Assembly (NCBI GenBank): GCA_026023565.1
Contig: JAPETS010000062.1
Location: 62,001-106,540, forward strand
DNA from: Cirrosporium novae-zelandiae
Taxonomy: Eukaryota
DNA length: 44,540 bases
Direction: 5' to 3'
A model generated the notes under the pieces. That model saw only the letters and a program-made list of their open reading frames with translations, ran no database searches and was not told the origin of the DNA. Both the position numbers and the translations under genes were made by a program. Positions 24,776 to 37,877 of the stretch are shown here, one piece after another. Each line of letters opens with the position of its first letter. Within the stretch, counting starts at the first letter, position 1.

Positions 24776-27479
24776 TTAAAAGGGGGACGATTGCAACGAG
24801 CCCCTCATAAGGTCGATAAAATAATCCTCACCGAAATGAGTAGTGGAAGTGGTACTTGCCGATGGCTCAGGAAACGCTATTGAATTAACTCCTCCAGAAG
24901 CAGGTGTGAATCGACTATAGTCGTTAATACCTTCAGCGACCCAAAATGGAGGTTGTCGGTTAAGCCACGACATCTGGTGCTGTCCCGTGTCATCCCAAAC
25001 AGGCTTAGGCAATGAAGCAGTTGAAGCGCTGGGCTGATCCGAACCTCCGGTATTATTTGGCACATTAACATTTCTGGGCTCTGCATATCTGGTAGCACTG
25101 AAAAGATTGTCCCATGTTTGAATGTATCCAGGCCGGCTCGCTTCCAGAAATGGGTATAGACGACAGATGCCAACAGTGGGCGAGTGCGCATACTGCTTGG
25201 GGATGGGATTCGGGGGATTAGAGAGATCTGCATACCCTATATCGGGAGAGACATCATCCTTGACCAGTTCATCTAAGCCAGCTCTATGGATGGCATTGCA
25301 ACATTCCTGGTACTTGGTTCAAGTTAACTTTATGTCAGTGAAATTGATTTGAAGAAAACAACCTACAATCTTTTCTGTAACACGGAAAGTATTTTTTGTG
25401 TTTTCTAGAGCCTGGATATTAAGTTTGAGAAGTGATCCCAACTCATCTCTACTTTCACTTGTGGGCTGTTTTAAAGCTGCTGCGATCTGAACTCGTGTTG
25501 AATCAAGGACGCAAAACCCAAACCAAACATCACGAAAGAGGTGATCAGGTTCCACCTTGAGAACTTCACCAATTATACGAGATATTTCTCTTGCATGCGA
25601 GACGGACCTAGCTGTACAATCACCAATAAATTCAGAAGGCTCACTTAGAGTATGATCATCCACCACTGCTCTGTGATGACCAGGCATATAGAAACCATAT
25701 AACTCAGAGTAACAGTGATGGTACCATATGTGAATCATCAAGAACATGTCTAATTGGAGACTTGAGCGGAAATTGTAGATGTGTCGAACTTCAAAGGTAT
25801 ATGAATCCCCGAGGCTACAACGCCATTCTTCTAGTGCCTGAGAAAGGGCTTGGAAGGTGGAGCCATTTTGCCACGGTAGCTCTCGATGGTCTTTGGGCGA
25901 AGAAAATATGTATCTGTATTTCGGTAAGTTAAAGTACATCTAGGAATGCATTTCACGTGAATCCCAGTCGAAGTGTGAAAACATGTGAGTATGCATTCCA
26001 TTAGTGGAAGATCTCATACCGAAGGATCCTTTTCCGGATAAGAATAATCTTGATAAGATAGGCACAAGGATTTGTTACATTTCCAGCTTCCGTATCTGTC
26101 GCGGTATCGGAAAGCCGCAGGGTCTTGCACGGAAAACCCTGAAAGAAATTCCAAGCATTACATGGAAGAGGCAGTTCTTCAACTAAATTCTCATTGTACT
26201 CAAGTTCTTCGCAAGCGAGAAGAGTATTGGATATGAAGACACACCACATGAGCCGGATATGACATTCAAGTTGAATGAAAACACTGTGGTCACGATTTAC
26301 ATTCTCCCAATCAGTCGAGGTCGGAGCAATGTTGAGGCGAAGCTTGAGAGCTATTCGCATTGATAATCCTAAACAAAGTTAAACGACGAGTTTTCAAAAG
26401 CTAGACCTTCAATTGGATAGGTAGCCAACCAAGAAGATTCCATGCGCGAGCGAAGTTCCCTTCGTGAATTTCATTCAAAGCTAAGAATTGCAACACAGCA
26501 ACGTGTAATGTGGAAATATAATCCAGACTCTGAAATACGCAAGCTTTTGCCTCGGCGAGCCATTTACGGCCATATTCATGGACCTCTGGGCGGTTGGGTA
26601 TAAATTTTGCAGATACTCCACACAGCACTAAGAGCAGCAGCTTCGGTACCTTCCCACAATCAACCGCTTCACAGAATGTTCCATTATGCAAGAAGTTGTT
26701 GCAACAGATAGGATGAATGTTTTTTAAATATGAGTCGACCAAGGGGCGCAGGAGGGTTTCCCATGGTATGGATAATGACTGGGAGGGCAGTCTGTTTCTA
26801 TCAGTTATGGTAAAATGGATTGAGAAACCGTTTCGATGGCATACGTGCTTTCTGATACTTCTGAGCTTTCAATACTCGAATCACCTTCGCTTGGAGTGCC
26901 TATTGTATGTTGATCCGCAAATTCCATTTCTTCCAGTGTAGTGCAAGCAGAAGAGCTTTGGGATGACTGTACATCGGGAGTAACATCATTGTTAACACAC
27001 GGTATCTTACGCCGAACACAAGTTGAACACGAAGGCTGGACCCCGTCGCATTTAAGCTTGCCCTTTCGACATTGCTCACAAGAACGAAGAGTTCTTATTC
27101 GTCTATAGCCTGCCTGGGTCGTATGCTTATTTGGTTTAGGCATAGGTCCTTTCTTTCGGGTTCGAGAGCTTGGATCTACATATTCCAAGTCTCAGTAATT
27201 CACTCACATCCACCCAAGCACCATGGTTGGATGGTAACATACCTGGCCATCGGCATTCAAGATCCAGTCTGCTGCACCGGAGACACGGATCACTTTGACC
27301 GTCACACTTAACCTGACCCTATTGTCAAATGCTCGAATTTCTTCGACGAAGGAATGGAGCTTTGCTTCACCGACCTTCCGCGATAGACATGTCAAGCAAC
27401 GATGTCTCTTGGGTGCCAGCTTCGGAGAGCTATTTGGCTGCACTTGACCAGGGGGCGATTCAGAAGAGGCAGCTTCCAT
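24776..27479 (-). CDS. Fungal transcription factor with two tandem Zn2Cys6 clusters and a fungal-specific TF domain (multi-exon)
   Basis: Cluster 1 CLTCLSRKVKCDGQSDPCLRCSRLDLEC (split by an intron); cluster 2 CEQCRKGKLKCDGVQPSCSTCVRRKIPC; middle region RPLVDSYLKNIHP..FLH, RLMWCVF, LPLPC. Confidence 0.88.
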
Positions 27480-27858
27480 ATTGAATAATGATACATATAT
27501 GAAAGAATCAACATGGATCTGCAATGGCAGAATGTCGCAATGAAGACACAACGATTGACATTTCGAGTTATTCCCGCTGATTTCTCATTAATGAAGATGC
27601 GAAATAAAATGTTTAGTTACCGTCACCATAAAACGGTCACTGGCAACGCTGATTAAGAGACCGGAATTTTGTAAACAGAGAATATTTGAAATTCCTCGCG
27701 ACTAACGATAACTGACTTTGTAATGCTTAAGTCACGGGGGGGAGTCCTAACATTGTAGCATCTTCAGGCCATCTTGTTCACTTCCCCGCACTGGGTATCC
27801 AGGGGTAGGGATCTCAAGTCCAAGTTCAGTAAGTGATTGAAGCATTGGATACTAAAGG

Positions 27859-27868
27859 ATGGCGCCAT
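27859..27868. promoter_or_regulatory. Perfect CYS-3/MetR-type palindrome ATGGCGCCAT
   Basis: Matches the Neurospora CYS-3 consensus ATGRYRYCAT; about 380 bp upstream of the Zn2Cys6 gene ATG. Confidence 0.45.
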
Positions 27869-29132
27869 TTACATGATATATGTGCACTTTTGCAAATCTA
27901 AACTAGTGTTTCACTACACAGTTGGCCGGCTGTCGGTACGAGATCCGACCACCATGATTTTTATTACAATCGTAGAGTATTATTGCATCACTGCTGTGTA
28001 CGTAGTGTATGCCGAACATTTATATACCATAACCTCGGCTTTGAGCATTGGGAAATTCTAACTATTTATTGTTCAAGGGTTATTAATAGTCTCCACCTTT
28101 ACGACAATAAGGGAAAATGGTAATTCTATTATTTTATATAGATCTATGTCCTGATAGCCACTATCTCTGTGAACATCTACCTACCTAGACCTTTGATTTT
28201 CTTTTTGTAATTTATGCCATTGTAACTGGCTGCTATTTTTTCCAGAGAGTTAAATGCCCTACAAACAACCGGAAAACTAGTATGGTGATATTGATGGAGG
28301 ACAAAGGCTATGCCTATACCATGATGGGGTCCCTGCAAGAAATACCTACAGTAAAGCCTTAGACTTCGAACTCTAGAGAGAAGGTACACTGCAGATGTTG
28401 TCAGCCCCCATTTTCTACCAGCATTGAGAATTGAGCCAGTGCCGTCCGTAGGTGGCTGGAGGATTCAAGCATTAAGCGATAAGGGTAAAAGATGCTTTGG
28501 ATCTGTTGTATCTATCTAGCCAGTGCCATTTGCTGGAAGAAATTTGCAGTATTTTAAACATCCCTCTTCAAATAATTGACCCGTGGACTCTAGAGTGTAG
28601 TTTGGCGGAGTGCTAGGAGTTTCCATTATGAAAACGGTGTAGCGTCTATTCGGTCTGACCTCGGCCATCTACTCATTCTCTTAACTATGGACTCTCTGCT
28701 TTTGTGAACTTGCTTTCCCTCTCTTCACTTGGCATCAACGCAAATATCCTTTTGTTTTTGCCATTCATGCTTGCAGCTGAGGTTTAAACCCTTTTCATGG
28801 ACTTTTTTTCGATTGTTCGAGGTCGGAAATGTTAACTGCCTGTCGTTTTCTTTAGGGGATGGAGATGAAAGGATCTGCAAACATGCTTTGAAGGAGTAGG
28901 TGTACCAAGGACGACAGGTACTATTATAGGTGGTTGTTATAGGTGGTTGCGGTGCGATAGGGATTTCGGGTATTTAAATATTGAAATATCAAAATGGTTG
29001 AGCATTCATTAACATGTGTTGGGAAGTTGATGGTAAATGTTGTTTATTAATACCCCGGCGTTGTTAACAAAAGATTTGGGGCCTATCGGGTCTCACAATC
29101 GGTATTCCCATCCCCATAGTTCAGATCACTTG

Positions 29133-29278
29133 GAAGTTTATTTACGGAAGATTGTTTCCACAGCGACATCACCTTCCCACCATAGTCACTTTCATTATAT
29201 CGAAAGTAGTCATGGAGCCAACACTCGAACATAAACTAAGGCATGGATACAAAACCTAGAGCCTTCGTCATCTAAGCT
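29133..29278 (+). pseudogene. 5' stub (upstream leader + first ~22 codons) of the PD-(D/E)XK gene at 42529
   Basis: Aligns by eye to 42410-42597 (GAAGTTTATTT..GATTGTTTC.ACAGC.ACATCACC.TCCCACCAT..TAGTCATGGAG..ACTCGAAC..CATGG.T.CAAAACCTAGAGCCTT.GTCA), with a 1-nt deletion after ATG 29212 and TAA at 29232. Confidence 0.85.
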
Positions 29279-29409
29279 TTCCCAACCAAGTATGTAACTT
29301 TCATAGTAGATGATGGATTTTTATTTTAAATCAGGAATATAGTTTTCATCATTCATCCATCTCAACGCTATAAACTTCTTTCATTCTTAATTGTGATCTT
29401 TTTAGGACC

Positions 29410-32400
29410 TAGTTAGTACTACTATTGTTAATCTTTTCGATATCAGCGATTCCTTCCCTTATCATCGCGGAGGTATTTGCTCTACCGCCAAGTTCTAGGT
29501 CAGACCCTAACTCTCTATTCTGGGTCACCTTTTTTGTGCAGTAGACCTGTGCACAACCCCACTATTAGTTTGTCTCTACATCCATTTTTCGTATAAATAT
29601 TTGGGTTGTAGCTACTCACCTTGAATATTTTCTAGTATATTATTTAGGTTTAAACAAAGAAGGACCACCGAATAGATCAAAAGGTACGGGAGTAGTAGAA
29701 GTAACGCAACCAAGCCACGGACAACGCAGATTATGATTGCTCCGGACGTCATCCTTTGTTCCTTTTTTGTATGCGTCAACATCTCATCCTGATCACCCGA
29801 TATCTTCTTGTCATTTTCTTTGGACTTCTGCCATTTCTCTACAGGTACATCAGCGCTATTACTGGCAGAGGTCTTCTCATCCGTCTCTAGTTTGTCCTTC
29901 AAACCCCATTTCCCGAGTTTGGGATAACCCAAAGCAATTTTGTTTGCGGGAGCTTCGAGCAAAATCCACGAAAACCAAAACCAGACGTACCACCATCCAC
30001 TCTCGTGCTTGATGGCTCGCTTCTCATGGACGGAAGTGCCAAGACGGTTCATTTCCTTCAGCTCTTGACTAATCTCTGTCCAGATTTTATAGACGCTCTT
30101 TTCCATCCTGTACTGGGTCTGTTTCATCCAAACATGGATGATCTGCCAAGAATATCGGGCTAGGGCCTTTATATTGAATAAAGCCATGATTGTGATTCAG
30201 AGCGCGAGTGCTGCACAAGTTATCATATGGATGATGAACGAATAGTTCGGGACTTGTCCCGTGCTGAAAATACTTGCTGCAAACCCAAGTGGCAAGAAGA
30301 CCGCAGTGACATAGGTGAAAGTCGAACGTTTTCCGCTTCTCGTAAGGAGAGCTCGCTCCTGATACCCTCTTGGATGCTCTCAGCCAAAGATAGGAGATGT
30401 TGAATTTTTTCTTGATAGTTTCTTAACTCACGACCCTTTTTCCGAATTAGGCCAACATACTTTGCGATAGTGGATCGATATATTTAAGTTCATCTGACTT
30501 TGTCCAGCACGGCTTGTCCCCTCACTCGATCTCCCTATTCTCCCACAGGTTCACGATTTCAAGAATTGACCTAAAGTTATCTTGCAGAGGACGTAATACT
30601 CGTTGATATGCTTGCAAATCTGCTAGAGAATATGTCTCCGTACCTCGAGAACTAAAACACTATTTTCTTTCATCCCAAGCTTATCCTCAATCTCCTCTAG
30701 GATTTCATATGTACTAGAAGTAATTTGGGCTATTATATAATCAAATAATTGAACTTCAAGTACTTTCCTTTGACGCCAATGATCGTCCCCGAAAGGATTG
30801 GGACGATGGCATCTTAACATCCAATCCGGGTTTTTTGGAAGATATTCAAGGATGTGGGAGGTCCAATATCGATCAAAAAAGTCACCTACAAACCGAAAAC
30901 TCACAGTAGCCATGGCGATATTTTTTTTTCATCCCAGGGACCGGAAAGGTCGCAAACTTCGTCCGTGAAAGATGCTCTTCCCAACCATCTTTTGCAGTAT
31001 CCTCGTCCGAATCAGTCTCCTTGTTATTACAATCCCATAGAATGCCTTTGCTTACTTTTCCTTGTTCTAATTGACTAAATTCCACTAGCTGGTAGAAACT
31101 AAGGTGGAGCTCAGTGGTCCATGTATTTGTAGCTTCTGTCACGTCATCAAAGAAATCCTTGTCAAGGTTTGCGTGATGTTCAAAGTACAAGGAAAGGGAT
31201 CCCTTCTCCGAACCTGGTGCTGCCAAAAAGCAAATGAGGGCACTTTGAACGTCGCCGGGGCCGAGATAGATAAATCTTTTTTTAGCAGACTTCGCTACAC
31301 GTTCCTTTGATACGTAGGCTAGAAAGTCCTTGTGATCGTCAAAAGGTTCCTATCCGTAGACTTTGGCTTTTTGTTTTTTAGAGTATTTCCTTTTGGGCAC
31401 GTCTATTACCCAAGTAAGCCAGCGTGAATAGTATGAAATGGAGTTTTGTTTCATATATCGCTTCGCACCACTGGTCACGACCTTACCAGAACTATTGCTT
31501 TGGGCAACCTTTTTATTGTTTTGTCAAGATTATCAAGTTTACCAGCGGGAGGGAAGTTGAGGAAATCGGGGTGATTATATAGCCACTCATCAGCCAGATC
31601 GACAATGTTCCTTGAGTCAACAAGGTTGCTGAACGGTATATATCTCTTAACCAAAGGTGCCTCTTTACTTCCATAAGTTCGAGGTGGTAAGCTATTCTGA
31701 CTTTGAAGATCTTGACATTACTTTCGCTCTCTAGCTGCAAATTTATTGGCTTCCCACTCATTCGCATCGGCGGTCCTGGTTCTTTGTCTTCGTGATGCAA
31801 GTGTTAATTCCGAATAGGCAAATTCTTTCGTCGGCTGATGACCAGGTTGTTTGAATTGTAAGGGGTTCCTCTCATCCGAAGTTTCTAGAGTGATAGACGG
31901 AGCGGTTGTCCCACTGTGGTCTACAGTACTTTTGTGGGTTTGCGATTTTTTGGTTTGCCAAAGCAAAATACAAGGTATTTTAAACGAGGCATGAAAGTAA
32001 AAGTCTCGGTCGTTGCTGTTGTCAAAAATCTCTAGCTCGTTAGTCATCTCGTCAATCTGCCCTGGGAAAAGACCATTCGACCAAGAACAACGGAGCAAGA
32101 CGCTTTTAACAATCCTGATTAATTTTGATGGCGATATCACTCGATTCATGGGATGACCATATGTTCCCACTAGAATGGCCAGGCCGGAATGTAAGGGGTT
32201 ATCCCACAACAATTTTTGATTCTCCTCATGGTCCTTCTGAGCCTCACAGAGATTATTCCAGACTTCGACAGTTGAATTAGACCCTTCCTCTATTTGAAAA
32301 AACCCCCATTTTAGTTTGTAGAATAAGATGGTATCACGAGAATGGGTTAAAAATCTGTTTTGTCGTGATGAACGAGTTACTGCAAGCATTCGCTTCTTCG

Positions 32401-34467
32401 TATTACCATTCTCTGTAGTAAATCGACGTAAGATTTGACCTCTAACCGTCGCCGCATCGTAGTTCTTTTAGAAGTCAGCTAGATGTTGACCTGCAGGTGT
32501 CTCTTTCAATCGCGCGAGGAAGTCCCTCAATCTAGATCCATCTTTGAAATATGGAGCTTTTCCCTTATCGGAATCTTGAAAAAAATCCTCAAGGCATTTC
32601 ATGGCTCTCCAAATCCACACATGGTTATCTAAGCGGTAGCTGCTAATAAGACTGTTCACCGAATGTTTCCATGCAAGTGTAATATGGTTCTTCGTCTGAT
32701 TTAAAGCTTTCAGCCAAGCTGGCACTTGGATATTGAGCATGTTCATCGAAAACTCGAAGTCCGCTTCATCCGAGGAAGCCTTTAAATATTCGAATATTTT
32801 CAATAGCTGGGATGGCATGCTTGCCGGTACATTTGAGGGGTGCGACGGGGCATTTTTGATAATGGAACCATCTACCCAGTAATTGTTGTTAAATCGACCG
32901 TCCTCTATGGTGGCTTGTTCAAATGTCCATTTCAGATGTCCCTTGCACGTTCGACGTATCCTTGCAATGAGGAGATCTTTGATTGACTTCTCGGCGAATT
33001 TGATTCATTTGAGGTATCCGATCATCAAGAGTAGAAATTTGAAGGCATAACTGTATATAGTTAGAGTTTACCAAGTTTGTCAATTAAAAGACTTACAAAG
33101 TACCAGAAACGTAAACGCGATGATCCCCGGAGTCCCCACATATTAGAGCGATAGATGGGTCATTCCGGTTACGGCCCACAGGAATACTACAAATGGAAAA
33201 GATATGCTCCAAAGTCCGTCGAAAAATAAAATCAATCTTTCCCCCGGCAGACGCCCAGCCGAAGGATGAGGTACTTTGTCTGAGGACTTTATTGACATTA
33301 GCATCGTTTATTGAAATTATCCTATCTTCCCACCTGCAGTCGGTGTTTGGTACTATGTGCTCCAATCCATAAGCCCCAATTAGCTCTATTTGTGTTTTTG
33401 GTGGTATTTGGATTTTTCTTTCGTATTCTTTAGCACCAAAATCAAATTTTTGAGCTTCGTCGTTAATAAAAAGTCCCGCTATCAAGCCAATTGCTTCTGG
33501 AGTCTGAGACTCACAGTTCTCGGTCGAATCTTGCGGAGTGTGGTCGTCCGCAAAGTCTTCTTGGCCGTTTTTGGTTTCCTGTTTATGCTCGGCCTCTCCC
33601 TCGTTTTCCGAGGTATGTGAATTTTCGCTGGGTTCACTTTTCTTTGCTAAGCGTAGGTTCTCTTCCTGGAACTTGTGCACTAAGGAAAAGCCGTATTTAT
33701 TTGGCCCTGAGTCTTTCTTATACCTATGACTGTTGTCTTTCTGGCTATCATCGTTGCAAGGGAAAATATTCACGAAACCAAGATCCCGAATCAGCATATT
33801 TGTTAAGAAGACAAAATCCAATACTTGTTCTTTTCAGGGTTATCATTCCAAAGCGTATATTGTTGTAAAACGAAGGTGTCTTTAATTAACAACTGTACTG
33901 TAACATGGACATTTGCTCCTTGATATGTTATCCGTGGCCAGTGGTCATGAAGAAATTCTAATTTTGGCTCCTCCAGGTCTTTACCTCCCTGTAGACGAAG
34001 TCTAACCCCTACAAAAGGAGTTACGCTAGGATCTTGGAGTTCCCTCGGCCGGCCTACCACGAACCATGGGTCGGGGATATCTGCAGGGCCCACAGAAAAC
34101 ATCCCAGAACGACCTCCTTTGCCGATATATCGGCTGATCCGTAATAACTCTCCATACACGCTAACGGTAACAGTCATCCTTTCGTCTCCAAATGAGGCAT
34201 GCGTCCTAGTAGCAGAAGTAGACTCCAAGTAGAGACATTCTTCTTCTCTAGGCACGTAGGATTTATCGATAGGACCTTTTAATAATCAGCATAAAAAAAA
34301 AGCTTCTGTACTTGTAACTCACGCTTGATATAATCTTGGAATATCTGCTCAGCCTCAGGGGGGACTTGTTTAGGAGCATAAGGGCTGGGCTCTGTCGTAT
34401 CACTATTGTTATTGTTGTCATAACCACTGCCACTAAGCTCCGATAGCGTATCCGACGAGGTTTCCAT
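29410..34467 (-). pseudogene. Large disrupted fungal gene with C-terminal CorA/ZntB-like two-helix membrane segment
   Basis: Collinear minus-strand ORF fragments over about 5 kb, with C-terminal AENVR..TYVTAVFLPLGFAASIFS. In-frame stops at 33005-33007, 32468-32470 and 31718-31720; frameshifts near 33820, 31230, 30920, 30640 and 30320-30520. The 3' boundary is approximate. Confidence 0.75.
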
Positions 34468-35786
34468 ATTTTATGAAAAGCCCAATGAGAGAGGACTTGA
34501 AACATAAGGAATATGAACAAAAGAGACCAGGCCTGAATTCTTGGAGGAAAAATCTATCTACTTAAATGAGACCCGAGTGCGTTGCTTAGAGTGGACCTTC
34601 TAGAATTATTTTTTAATAGTTGAGGAAGATAACGTGGAAACGATAGGGTGAATACTATGGCTAGCTGAATAGATATAGATAATAGACATAGGCTATCCTA
34701 ACTCATCAGTAACGAGAATTCTTATAGGCGTAGTCAGAAGTCTCAAGCGCCGGCTACGAGAAGGCATGCACGCACGACCGAAAGAGGAAGCAATATTTCT
34801 AGCCTTATTGACATGTCAAGCTTAAAGGTGTTTGTATCAATCAAGATAATGAATATAGATCGAAATTGAAGAGTGGGTTGATAAGAAATTGATAGCCTTA
34901 CAGTAATCGATGAAAGGCTGGATCTAATATAGGTGAGCCTTGTGTTACGGATTATCGAAGCCACTTACACCCTAGGTATTAATATTGACGCTTTGTTATG
35001 CCTTATATTTGAGTCATCCAGGGTCTTATCTCGGTTGTCATCACTGTAAGCCTGTTCCGCAGACTAGGGTGTTAGCTACATATGATAAGTGGACTAGAAA
35101 CGAGACTGTCGTGAGAGTATAACTTAGGTAAGGGACTGAACTGAAGATTTCCTATTATGGAAGTCTATAGATATATACCATAGTAGGAGCTATTTCCTAG
35201 CGCGCCTTAATATATCTCGGAAGAACAAATAGCCGCAGTTTGAGGTTGTAAGGTCTTACTCTTCCAATTCCTTGTACTTAACCTTACTAGAACATCTTAA
35301 ATAGCTTCCCTAAGCAGGGAAGGGAATGGATCAGACTGACCAGATCACCCCCTGTATGAATTGTGGATTGTGAGTCATATTCAACGCGAATGATCGATTT
35401 GATAGATATGGTGACTAGGTGGATAAATATAACCGAGGTAGAGAATAAAAATGATTGATCAAGATATGTAACGAGTGAGAAAGCTAAATTAGTTTCATAT
35501 TTCTTATATTAGAGCTAGCCAGCGTTTCGTCAAAATCCTCGTCCCTGAACTCCTCCTGAACCCCCCCCGCGAAACCTCGAAAACCTCAACACCACAAACC
35601 TCACCTCCCCACTTTATATCCGCATTTATACAGGCCAAATAAACCTTAAGAAATTAAGATCTGGTCGATCTATGAAAAAGCTCTGTCTAGTCGGTCGGGG
35701 CCAAACCGTCTACTTGATCTGGTCTATTCCCTTCACTGAGCTTCACCACCTAGTCTTCACTGATATAGATTACAAAAGCCTTCCCA

Positions 35787-36929
35787 CTATATTGCAACTA
35801 CTAATTTCTCTCCGCTGACACCCTTGCGCATCAGTCCTAGGCCCTTTTTTAATGCATCGAACCCGTCACCCACTTTGTGCACTGGGAGTGGCAACTTGTA
35901 CTTATCCTCCTCCAACAATGTTTGTAATGCTAGCATTATATTCTTGCCTCCTTGCAGCTGGGATAAGTCTCGACCCCTGAACATTACCGAGTCCACACCG
36001 CTGGGGACCTCAATCTCCTCGTCGCCGGTCCATACCTGTGCATACCTCTTGGGTCCATTTGAGTCAAGTGTCTCAAAAATATGTCTTTGTGTGCTACCAG
36101 CGCCAACGGTATCAATGATTGCGTCGACGCCTCGAGATCCTGGGCTCGCCGACCTCACTTCCATGACCAATGAGGACGAATTTCGATCAAAGGCCCCGTT
36201 AGCGCCGAGAATATTCCTGATATGACTATGATTCTTTGGCGAGCTAGTTGCTAAAATCGTGCAATCTGGGATTACAAGACGAAGAAGTTGGATTGTGGCT
36301 GCGCCAAGTGCGGAGCTACCACCTAGAATCAGAACGGAGGAGGGTTTAAAGCCAGCTGTTGGCCCATCTTTGAGGAATGGTAGCGGAGTCTTCAAGCCGA
36401 TTCCAAGCGCTGTTACGCCCGTAAGGTAACATACCCTAGACACAAGATAATACTTTAGTCGTACGCATGGAAAGTTTCCATGGAAAGAGACCTGAAGCAA
36501 TGCAAATAAGAAAGGGATCGCAACGTGAAGGAAAAATGGGACAACACACCCTAAAGTCGCAGCATCTTCAAACGACCACGTCGTTGGCTTTTTGGCCACC
36601 ATCATCTCTTGTACTACGGCGAAGTTTTGATATGACCCACCACGATCACCAGCTGCGAAAAGTGCCAGTACTTCATCCCCCAATGCAAAGTTCTTCACGT
36701 TGTCTCCAATAGCCTCAACGACACCGGAACCGTCTAGGCCCGGCACGAGAGGCCATGAGGTGACTCTACGGCCCTGGTCAACCATTTTGCAATCGGCTGG
36801 GTTTATGGCAATGGCTTTGAGGCAAATCATGACCTCGGTGGGCTCGATAATGGTTGGTTTTGCCGTGGTTGTGGCTACTAATGGGCAGCCTTTTCCCCAG
36901 ACAAGATATTTGGTGTTTTTCGATGCCAT
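35787..36929 (-). CDS. MDR-superfamily enoyl-reductase-like / zeta-crystallin-like oxidoreductase
   Basis: AINPADCK, GLDGSGVV, GDEV, ILGGSSALG and GVSGEKLVV; stop-free 114-nt intron 36436-36549; likely start MASKNT at 36929. Confidence 0.88.
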   Translation of the reverse strand: MASKNTKYLVWGKGCPLVATTTAKPTIIEPTEVMICLKAIAINPADCKMVDQGRRVTSWPLVPGLDGSGVVEAIGDNVKNFALGDEVLALFAAGDRGGSYQNFAVVQEMMVAKKPTTWSFEDAATLGCVVPFFLHVAIPFLFALLQVSFHGNFPCVRLKYYLVSRVCYLTGVTALGIGLKTPLPFLKDGPTAGFKPSSVLILGGSSALGAATIQLLRLVIPDCTILATSSPKNHSHIRNILGANGAFDRNSSSLVMEVRSASPGSRGVDAIIDTVGAGSTQRHIFETLDSNGPKRYAQVWTGDEEIEVPSGVDSVMFRGRDLSQLQGGKNIMLALQTLLEEDKYKLPLPVHKVGDGFDALKKGLGLMRKGVSGEKLVVAI

Positions 36930-37877
36930 ATTAGGGGATGCTATTGAGGTTATGGTCAGCATGTGGAGTCATTGCTTGCTTAAATTCGAAGACGGCCGTG
37001 AATACTAACGGCGTTTTCTGCTAGTTAAAGTTCTTAAGGATATGTCCAGACTAATTAATCTCTGTGCTCTTGGACAGCGTCGCTAAGAAGATAATATAAC
37101 AAGTTTGTATGTTTTGAAAGTCGGTCCAGTTATCGACATTGAACAAGAACCTAGTCAATAAAAGATAATTAATCTAAGTAACACTTATATATCCCTTAGC
37201 ACGAATGTTATCAATCGCTTCTATGATTGAAAGCGGGGATAATTGTGGCGGATATCACGGAATTAATATGACGGAGTTAAATATTCCAGCCGGATTTAAA
37301 AGTAGTATATCCTTAAGTAGAAGTTTAAATCTAGCGAAGCTAGTAGCCTGATTATCGTTGACTATAGAATTTAAAATTAGATATCTACCCGTTTATCTCT
37401 TGCATACAAATGCACTAGAGTCTTGTTTTAGAAGTTCTGGTTTGTTAATTTAGACTACATCTAGCCCTGAAAGGATAATGAACCTATAAAAGATACGATT
37501 TCCATATAAACTGTATAATTTCCTAACACTGATGACAGAAAAAGTGCGCCGAACAATTCTGTTTCTATTTTTTTATAGTTACTAGAACATTTTATTATAT
37601 ACGTAACCTATACCCCCAACATTGCAACTGCTCTCTTACGCTTACACTACGTCTATTTTACTCAAAAAAAACTACACAAAATTTCATTCTCTTTATTTTA
37701 TTCATTTGGTCGAGTGTTAATATTTCGAGGAAACTTGTAATGGACACAGTCGGGTTATCCAACTAGATAGATTGCTCGCTTGGTAACAGGCGGTTAATCA
37801 CGCCCTTTTGGCCTGGTGGTAAACATCTAGCTTACTATGTCTCTGACAAAACTTCCCCAAAAAGCTACCACCTATAA

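Noticed and set aside
28177..28900. Possible degenerate minus-strand coding remnant
   Set aside because: Many stops and no recognisable family.
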